From IMG/VR virus record IMGVR_UViG_3300032318_001106, positions 1-41,825 of that record: a stretch of 41,825 nucleotides of DNA. The stretch is one strand, 5' to 3'. Positions 34,722 to 41,825 of the stretch are shown here, in pieces (positions within the stretch are counted from its first letter, which is position 1; the number at the start of each line of letters is the position of its first letter). The notes beneath the pieces were generated by a model, which had not been told where the DNA came from, searched no databases, and saw nothing but the letters and a program-made list of their open reading frames with translations. Both the position numbers and the translations under genes were made by a program. This stretch comes from a virus. Its lineage: Duplodnaviria; Caudoviricetes.

Positions 34722-36146
34722 ATGGGAAATAAAGTTTGGGGTATTGTAATTGGTGGTCATGATGCTGATCCTGATCCAACACAGTCTGGTGGTGTGAGAG
34801 TATGGATTCCTCAATACATGGGTCCAGACGTAAAGCCAGAGCATATCGGATTCAGTCCACTATCAAAAGAAGCATCACATGCTGGTGGTAGCATTTCATC
34901 TGGTACGCTTGATCCAGGTGCATGTGTTCTTGTTGAATATGATGACGTTAGTGATGGTTCAAACATTCCTCGTGTCATTTCAACACTTGAGCAAGTTGCA
35001 GACGGTAAAGCAAAAGTTCCAGGTAACATCGATCTGTTCAGTTTCGTTAAGACTTTACAGGGTAAAGATCCAAGAGAGACTGAGCTTGAAATTCGAATAC
35101 CACCAGTAATCAATGAAACACAGCAGGGTAGAGCTACAATTCGAAATGTTAAAGAAAAAGGTCAGCAGCATAAGAACGTTCTTCTAGATAGCTTACCATC
35201 AAACGGTGCTATCTTTCCTATGGCTGGTCTAATTTTACCAGATATCAAGGGTATCGGAACAGCAACAGAAGCATTTAATAACATTTTAGATAACATCGTA
35301 ACACCTGAAATTCTAGGTAAGTTGCCTGGTCTTAATATGTCACTGGGTAGTGTTCTTGGTTCTCTTGCAACTGGTTCTCTATCAGGTGTTTTAAATGCAG
35401 GTCTATCAGGTATTGTGAATGGAGCATTGCAGAACGTTACAGCAGCAGTGGGTGGTTCAATTGGTGGTGTTGTAACTGATCTTGCTTCACAAGCATTATT
35501 GGTACCAGAAGCCGCTGGTGCTCTCAGTTCAATCAGTGGACTCAATGATCAGTTTCTAGCTGAAGCATCAAGAGAGATGTTCTCAAAGATGCCTAAAGAG
35601 CTACAAGGGTCTTTTAAAAGCATGTCAATTCTAATGCAGTCAATTGAACAGTCATCTGGTGCTTTGAACACAGGTAGAGTTGATCCAGTTACTTTCGTGA
35701 CGAACACAGCACAGATGATGAGCCAAGTAACCAACATTAGTGACATGGCTTCAGTCATGCAAAAAATGCTAATAGACAAAAGTATGCATGGACTCGACAA
35801 ACTAGGTAGCATAAGTATTCCAGTAGAGACTCCATTCGGTACTCTTCCACTAAGTCTTGGTGCAGATGGTTCACTTACTCAAAATGCACCTGAGCTTTTA
35901 ACTAAGCTTTTTGGTACGTTTAGTAAAGCAATGACACTAGCATCAGAGTTTCAAGGTGTGAATCCAGATGAAAACTTATTTGGTGGTTCAGCAGAAACAA
36001 TGTTAAATATGTTTGGTAGAATGGGTGGTCCTTCTAACAAAGCCGCAGTTGAAATGTCTAAAGTATTGAATCAGTCTAGTCTAGCAAAATCATTCGCTAG
36101 AGACATTAAAACTGTCGTATCGGGTGGCAATTTTTTCAGCAATTAA
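34722..36146 (+). CDS. gp5 N-terminal (OB-fold)-like baseplate protein with long G/L/S-rich region
   Basis: GIVIG..DxDP..SGGVRVWIP; ATG 34722 with AGGAGG SD. Confidence 0.6.
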   Translation: MGNKVWGIVIGGHDADPDPTQSGGVRVWIPQYMGPDVKPEHIGFSPLSKEASHAGGSISSGTLDPGACVLVEYDDVSDGSNIPRVISTLEQVADGKAKVPGNIDLFSFVKTLQGKDPRETELEIRIPPVINETQQGRATIRNVKEKGQQHKNVLLDSLPSNGAIFPMAGLILPDIKGIGTATEAFNNILDNIVTPEILGKLPGLNMSLGSVLGSLATGSLSGVLNAGLSGIVNGALQNVTAAVGGSIGGVVTDLASQALLVPEAAGALSSISGLNDQFLAEASREMFSKMPKELQGSFKSMSILMQSIEQSSGALNTGRVDPVTFVTNTAQMMSQVTNISDMASVMQKMLIDKSMHGLDKLGSISIPVETPFGTLPLSLGADGSLTQNAPELLTKLFGTFSKAMTLASEFQGVNPDENLFGGSAETMLNMFGRMGGPSNKAAVEMSKVLNQSSLAKSFARDIKTVVSGGNFFSN

Positions 36147-36163
36147 AAGGAAGATAGTTTAAT

Positions 36164-36916
36164 ATGAGTGATGATCCATTAGACACAACACCAGCTCAAA
36201 TGAATTTTCCAGAAGATGCTAGGAAAAAAGAGGGTGCTGGTAAATATCCAAACTACTACTCACACAAGACAAGATCAGGTCATCTTCTAATATTTGATGA
36301 TTCAAAAGATGCAGAGCATGTTACTCTGCAACATAGGTCAGGCTCAACAATTCAGATGCACTCAGACGGTGCAATGGTACTTACTGCAAGTAAGGGACAG
36401 TATCAAGTTACTTTTGGTCCAAATAGAATTGAGATCAAAGGTGCCCAAGACATTCACGTTACTGGTGATGCAAGCTTGAAAATTGATGGAAACTATAATA
36501 TGACTGTTGGTGAAGATATGAACATGACAGTCATGGGTAATCTGACTATGTCTGCTAAAAATGTCAATCAGACTGTTCGTGGTAACATTGACACTCAAGC
36601 AAAGAATAAGACTGAAAAGATTGAAGGCTCATCATCTACACAATCACAAGGTGCTTTGGGTATCTCAGCAGGTGATGGTATTATGATCTTTTCTGGTGAT
36701 TCTTTGGGTATTAGAGCATCATCACAAGTTGGAATTCAAGCAATCGGTGGTGAAATCATGATGAAGTCTGCTGGCAAAGCGACACTATGGTCAGCAGGCA
36801 GTGATGTTGCAATTGAGGGTAGTCCAAATGTTTGGATCAACTCTGGAAAGCAAGATGATGTTCAGAAAAAGTTCAAGCATAGAAAAGCCAGGAAGCCAAC
36901 ACCTGAGTCAAGCTAA
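36164..36916 (+). CDS. gp5 C-terminal beta-helix spike-like protein
   Basis: YPNY...TRSGH...DDS...HRSGS; VxGD/VxGN 8-aa repeats. Confidence 0.8.
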   Translation: MSDDPLDTTPAQMNFPEDARKKEGAGKYPNYYSHKTRSGHLLIFDDSKDAEHVTLQHRSGSTIQMHSDGAMVLTASKGQYQVTFGPNRIEIKGAQDIHVTGDASLKIDGNYNMTVGEDMNMTVMGNLTMSAKNVNQTVRGNIDTQAKNKTEKIEGSSSTQSQGALGISAGDGIMIFSGDSLGIRASSQVGIQAIGGEIMMKSAGKATLWSAGSDVAIEGSPNVWINSGKQDDVQKKFKHRKARKPTPESS

Positions 36917-36936
36917 AAATAATCAAACAGTTGAGA

Positions 36937-36944
36937 CATAAATA
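36937..36944 (+). promoter_or_regulatory. Late promoter for gp25
   Basis: CATAAATA 5 bp before ATG. Confidence 0.6.
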
Positions 36945-36949
36945 AAAAT

Positions 36950-37354
36950 ATGGCAATAAATAAAATCTCAAGACAACCAGACTACTCAGACTTGGACCTT
37001 GATTTCATAGCACATCCTACAACAGGTGATGTTATGAAAAAGAAAGGTGTTGAAGCTATTAAGAGATCAGTGAGAAATCTGATCTTGACTAACTTCTACG
37101 ATAGACCATTCGTTTCAAGAATTGGATCAAATGCTCAGAAGTTACTATTCGAGAATGGAAATTTGCTAACTGCAAACTTTTTGAAAGATGCTATCGTAGA
37201 AGTCGTGAGTAACTTTGAACCACGTGTTCTCTTGCAAGATGTCCTAGTAGAGTTTGACTACGACAACAACGGATATAATGCATCCATCCAATTCATCATT
37301 CTAAATAGGAATGAACCTGTAGTAACATCACTTTTCCTAGAAAGAATTAGATAA
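36950..37354 (+). CDS. gp25: Baseplate wedge gp25
   Basis: YSDLDLDF..HP.TGD...AIKRSVRNLILTN.YDRPF...FEPRV...LERIR. Confidence 0.93.
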   Translation: MAINKISRQPDYSDLDLDFIAHPTTGDVMKKKGVEAIKRSVRNLILTNFYDRPFVSRIGSNAQKLLFENGNLLTANFLKDAIVEVVSNFEPRVLLQDVLVEFDYDNNGYNASIQFIILNRNEPVVTSLFLERIR

Positions 37355-37356
37355 CA

Positions 37357-39435
37357 ATGCCTACTTCAAATACAGCTTTGAGAGTAACTGAGCTAGACTT
37401 CTATACTATCAAAGAAAATCTCAAGACATTCCTTCGTAGTCAGTCAGAGTTTCAAGACTTTGACTTTGAAGGTTCAGGTATGTCAGTTCTACTTGACATT
37501 CTTGCATACAATACTCACTATATGGGATATTATCTCAATATGGTTGGTAATGAGATGTTTCTTGATACTGCACAACTTAGATCATCAGTTCTATCTCATG
37601 CCAAAGCAATTGGATATGTTCCAAGTAGTAAGCATGGTTCAAAGGCAAACGTAACTATCAGAGTGACACCTGCTGATAACGAAAACAACGTTGCTACAAC
37701 ACTAACTCTAGACAGATATACAGAGTTTCTAGGTCAAGACATTGATGGTGTAAACTATACATTCGTAACTCAGTTCTCAAATACAGTTTCAAAGACAGGC
37801 AATTCATTCAACTTCACAGGTATCAATCTGATTCAGGGTGAAGTAAACACACTACAGTACATAATGAATGATGTGACTAATCCAAATAGAAGATTTGACA
37901 TTCCATCACAAAACGTTGATACATCAACAATTTCAGTAATCGTTCAAGAGTCAGCTACAAACACAAGCATTGAACAATACAATCAGTATATAGACATTAC
38001 AGAAATTACAGGAAATACAGCAGTATTCTTTATCGAAGAAAAAGAAGATAGCACATATACACTATACTTCGGTGATAATGTTATCGGTAAAAAGCCAAAG
38101 AACGGCAACATCATTATCTGTACATTCTTAGAAACAGTAGGTTCACTGTCAAACAATATTTCAACATTCATTCTCAATGATAGCATTAACGGTTATTCAA
38201 ACAACGTTGCAGTAACAGCAGCCAACTCATCATTTGGTGGTACTGACAAAGAGACAATTGAACAGACAAGATTTAGAGCACCATATCATTATACGGCACA
38301 GAATAGAGCAGTAACAACAAACGACTATGAGACACTAATCACAAAAGATTATCCAAGCATTGATGCTGTTTCAGTGTGGGGTGGAGAAGACAACGATCCA
38401 GTTGTATACGGTAAAGTATATCTATCGCTTAAGACAAGAGGCAATTACTTCTTATCAAATCTTGACAAAGAAAATATCAAACAGAGCTTAATCAGAAACA
38501 GAAACGTTCTAACTATTATTCCAGAAATCGTTGATCCAGATTTTACATACATCAAGATTACAGGTAGAGTAACATATAATCCATCCCTCACTTCACTGAC
38601 AGCAGGTGATATTCAAGACTTAGTTAGGTCTTCAATTCAAGACTATAATGATCAAGAACTAAACACTTTTAGATCAACATTCAGAAAGTCAAAGCTTCAA
38701 TTCTACATTGAAAGTTCTGACAAAAGTATTACTGGTTCAGACATTCAAGTAACTCTACAAAAAAGACAAGAGCTTACACTCAATAAGACTGATAACTATC
38801 AGCTTAAGTTTGAACTGCCAATTAAGAAGGGTGACTTCAACCAAAAGCTTTCATCGTTTCCGCAGTTTACAGTAAATGATCTGACAAATGTAGCCAGAAA
38901 CGTATTCTTAGAAGAAGTGCCACAGTCATTCACTGGCATTAGCTCAGTCAGTATCGTAAATCCTGGTATTAACTATTCATCTATACCCACTGTTACAATT
39001 ACTGGTGATGGTATTGGTGCAACAGCAAGAGCTATTATCGTTAACAGAAAGCTTAATAGAATCGAAGTTACAAATGCAGGTTCAGACTATACAAGAGCAA
39101 CTGTCTCAATCACAGGTGGTGGCGGCAGTGAAGCATCAGCTATTGCTAGACTTGAAAATAAGCAGGGTACATTAAGAACATTCTACTTCAAACCAAACGG
39201 TGAGAAAGTGGTTGTCAATCCAAATGCTGGTACAATCAACTATGACACAGGTCTAGTAACTATCGACAGCTTAACAACATCTTCAGTTTCAGAAAATGAC
39301 TTCTATGATGAGAATTTTCTAACTGTAAATGTTCCTATTGGTTCTGAGATTATCTCTCCAGTAAGAAATAGAATCTTAAGCATCGACTTTAATGATTCTT
39401 CAGCAATTCAAATAGACATGATAGCAGAGAAGTAA
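37357..39435 (+). CDS. gp6: Baseplate wedge gp6
   Basis: LDF..IK.NLK.FL, DFDFEGSGMSVLLDILAYNTHY, QNRAVT..DY, VWGGEDNDP..YGKV. Confidence 0.95.
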   Translation: MPTSNTALRVTELDFYTIKENLKTFLRSQSEFQDFDFEGSGMSVLLDILAYNTHYMGYYLNMVGNEMFLDTAQLRSSVLSHAKAIGYVPSSKHGSKANVTIRVTPADNENNVATTLTLDRYTEFLGQDIDGVNYTFVTQFSNTVSKTGNSFNFTGINLIQGEVNTLQYIMNDVTNPNRRFDIPSQNVDTSTISVIVQESATNTSIEQYNQYIDITEITGNTAVFFIEEKEDSTYTLYFGDNVIGKKPKNGNIIICTFLETVGSLSNNISTFILNDSINGYSNNVAVTAANSSFGGTDKETIEQTRFRAPYHYTAQNRAVTTNDYETLITKDYPSIDAVSVWGGEDNDPVVYGKVYLSLKTRGNYFLSNLDKENIKQSLIRNRNVLTIIPEIVDPDFTYIKITGRVTYNPSLTSLTAGDIQDLVRSSIQDYNDQELNTFRSTFRKSKLQFYIESSDKSITGSDIQVTLQKRQELTLNKTDNYQLKFELPIKKGDFNQKLSSFPQFTVNDLTNVARNVFLEEVPQSFTGISSVSIVNPGINYSSIPTVTITGDGIGATARAIIVNRKLNRIEVTNAGSDYTRATVSITGGGGSEASAIARLENKQGTLRTFYFKPNGEKVVVNPNAGTINYDTGLVTIDSLTTSSVSENDFYDENFLTVNVPIGSEIISPVRNRILSIDFNDSSAIQIDMIAEK

Positions 39436-41825
39436 TGTCAACTAATAACAAGATATCAAACTTAGTCAATAGTCAAGTACCATTCTTTGTTAGGAACGAC
39501 CATCCTAACTTTATCTTGTTCTTAGAGAAGTACTATCAGTACCTTGAACAAACTGGTAAAGAGATAGAAAGAGCTAAAAAGCTCAGAAATCTGAGAGACA
39601 TTGATCTAACAGAAGACATATTCGCAGAAAAGTTATACTCTCAGTTTATTGCGCTTATACCAAACAATGTCATCGCTGACAAAGCAATTATTCTTAAGCA
39701 CGCAAAAGACTTCTATAGATCAAGAGGTACTGAAAAGTCTATCTCTTTTATTATCAATGCTCTTTTTGCTAAAGATACGGACTTCTATTATCCTAAAACA
39801 GATGTTCTAAGAGCTTCTGATGGTAAATGGTTTATTGAGAAGTCCCTAAAGATTGATGATTTCAAAGTTAACAATACATCAAGTGATAATTTTCTAGAGA
39901 TTGAAAAGTTTAGAAGTAAAAAGATATCTGGTAATACATCCGGTGCTACTGCAATCGTAGAGACAGTTGATGCATACTATCAGAACGGTATTCTTGTTTA
40001 TGAACTAAAGCTTTCAAACCAGTATAGAGATTTCGAGATAGGTGAAACTATCTTCACTTACTTTGAAGAAAATGGTTTAACAAAGACACTGACAGCAAAT
40101 ACTTTCGGTGGTATTCTGGCTTCAGTTAAACTTGAAAGCGGTGGTACAGGGTACGTTTTAGGTAACAACGTTCCTATTGAAAGCAACACAGGAACTGGTG
40201 CTAGAATCATAATTTCAGGCATCACGACTGGTAACATTAAGAGTATCATTGTATCACAGTCTGGAGCTGGATTTCAGAACGGAAACTTTCTTCTAATCTC
40301 AGGTGGTGGTGGTTCTGGTGCTAATGCTAGTGTTAGAGTTAGTCCTGATGGTTTCTATCATCCAAACAGCTATAACATCGTAACTTCAACGATATCTCTT
40401 GAAGCCAATACTCCTATCAACAACATTGTATATTCAAATCTAAACTCAGCAAACATTAACACAACAGTTGCTAATGCCGTTAACACATTTGTCTATGGTA
40501 ATACAGGACCTGTAGAGAGTGTAGTCATTCTAAATCCTGGTTCTAACTATGTTTCATTGCCCATTATCGACGTTCAAGCTAACACTAGAATAAGATCGTT
40601 AGGAATTTTAGGCAGACTTGAAATTGCAAATGGTGGTTTAGGATATCAAGTTGGTAATAAGATTGAGTTTATCAATCGTTACGGTTCTTTTGGAACTGGA
40701 GCAGCAGCTAACGTTGTTAACGTCAATGCAAATGGAACAATCACTCAAGTAAGATTTGAAGCCGTTCCTGGTCAGATTGTAGGTGGATCAGGTTACATTC
40801 ATGACAATTTACCAACTGCAAACGTTATATCATCGACGGGTAATGGGGCAAATGTTATTGTTAGATCCATCTTAGGTGATGGTGAGATATTAGTTGCAAT
40901 TACAGACTCTATTGGAACAATCACAAATCTAACCATTACTGATAGAGGATCAGGTTATCTATCACCTCCTGTCATTAATCTTAAAACACAAGGTGATGGC
41001 ACAGCTCTTGCTAATGCCACAGTCATCTCAGGCGTATTTGAGTTTCCAGGAAGATATATTAATGATGATGGTCATATCAGTTCATTCAATTTCTTACAGG
41101 ACAGAGATTACTATCAGAACTATGCATATGTTGTAAGAACAAATGAGTTCATCGATAACTATCGAACAGCATTGAATAGTCTAACTCATCCAACAGGAAT
41201 GAAACTCTTTGGTGAGTTTCTTTATGTTGATGCAAATTTAGGTACTCAAGAAGACTTGAGTATTACCACAGAAAGTCCAGTGCAGTTAAAGTTCTTCGAT
41301 GGTATATACTATTCTAATGGTAATGCAAATGGAAGTAACTTATCGATTAATAGAACAAATCATGGTTATTCTACAAATCAGACTGTTTACCTAGAGTTCT
41401 TAACTGGATCAAACAGAAATCTATCAACAATCAACATTGTGAATCCAGGTATTGGTTATTCAAACGGATACATCAACTTCACTCGAGGTTCAGGTACAGA
41501 AGCAAATGCTTTCGTTCGTGTGAATACAAGAGGATCCATCACTTCTGTACAGATCAATAATGATGGTACGGGTTATCTTGATAGTGATCTACTCTTTGCA
41601 AACGTCAATCATCTAAGAACATATAATGTAGCTAACATTGTTGTGAACAACACTGGTAGAGGATACGGAAACGGTAGAATTACAATTACAGGTGGCAACG
41701 GCAGAAATGCAAACGTTCATGCGCTCGTTAACTCAGAAGGTTCTATCATTTCATTCAACTATACAGACAGAGGTACAGGATATCTGTTAACAGATAACGT
41801 ATCAATCAACGTTGATAGTATTCTG
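39435..41825 (+). CDS. gp7: Baseplate wedge initiator gp7, 3'-truncated (absent from ORF track)
   Basis: MSTNNKISNLVNSQVPFFVRNDHPNF..FLEKYY, FYRSRGTEKS, LQD..YYQNYAY, HPTGMKLFGE, repeated GxGY motifs. The frame appears open to the window end. Confidence 0.88.
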   Translation, partial: MSTNNKISNLVNSQVPFFVRNDHPNFILFLEKYYQYLEQTGKEIERAKKLRNLRDIDLTEDIFAEKLYSQFIALIPNNVIADKAIILKHAKDFYRSRGTEKSISFIINALFAKDTDFYYPKTDVLRASDGKWFIEKSLKIDDFKVNNTSSDNFLEIEKFRSKKISGNTSGATAIVETVDAYYQNGILVYELKLSNQYRDFEIGETIFTYFEENGLTKTLTANTFGGILASVKLESGGTGYVLGNNVPIESNTGTGARIIISGITTGNIKSIIVSQSGAGFQNGNFLLISGGGGSGANASVRVSPDGFYHPNSYNIVTSTISLEANTPINNIVYSNLNSANINTTVANAVNTFVYGNTGPVESVVILNPGSNYVSLPIIDVQANTRIRSLGILGRLEIANGGLGYQVGNKIEFINRYGSFGTGAAANVVNVNANGTITQVRFEAVPGQIVGGSGYIHDNLPTANVISSTGNGANVIVRSILGDGEILVAITDSIGTITNLTITDRGSGYLSPPVINLKTQGDGTALANATVISGVFEFPGRYINDDGHISSFNFLQDRDYYQNYAYVVRTNEFIDNYRTALNSLTHPTGMKLFGEFLYVDANLGTQEDLSITTESPVQLKFFDGIYYSNGNANGSNLSINRTNHGYSTNQTVYLEFLTGSNRNLSTINIVNPGIGYSNGYINFTRGSGTEANAFVRVNTRGSITSVQINNDGTGYLDSDLLFANVNHLRTYNVANIVVNNTGRGYGNGRITITGGNGRNANVHALVNSEGSIISFNYTDRGTGYLLTDNVSINVDSIL

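Overview
This is a 41.8-kb segment of a T4-like (myovirus) phage genome. An alphaproteobacterial host is likely, judging by the permuted alpha-type tmRNA and the PlcP-like gene. From left to right it contains: the 3' part of a class II ribonucleotide reductase; a GT2 + PlcP-like phosphoesterase pair; blocks of small early genes behind sigma70-like promoters that carry palindromic operator-like sites; RNase H; and a late-promoter cassette of Cys-rich fibre-like proteins followed by GT9, carbamoyltransferase and GmhB-like enzymes. It continues with denV-like, phoH and exonuclease genes, a two-piece tmRNA, gp33/gp59/gp32, and the baseplate module (long hydrolase-bearing protein, gp51, gp26, gp54-like, gp2, gp4, gp48, gp53, hub, split gp5, gp25, gp6, truncated gp7). 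The most notable candidates are: (1) a Cys-rich virion protein plus glycosylation/carbamoylation cassette; (2) a ribosome-rescue kit made of the tmRNA and an unannotated 57-aa ArfA-like ORF; (3) a phage-borne PlcP/GT2 lipid-remodelling pair; (4) a gp26/gp51 -1 frameshift site. All family assignments come from motif recognition by eye; no database searches were run.
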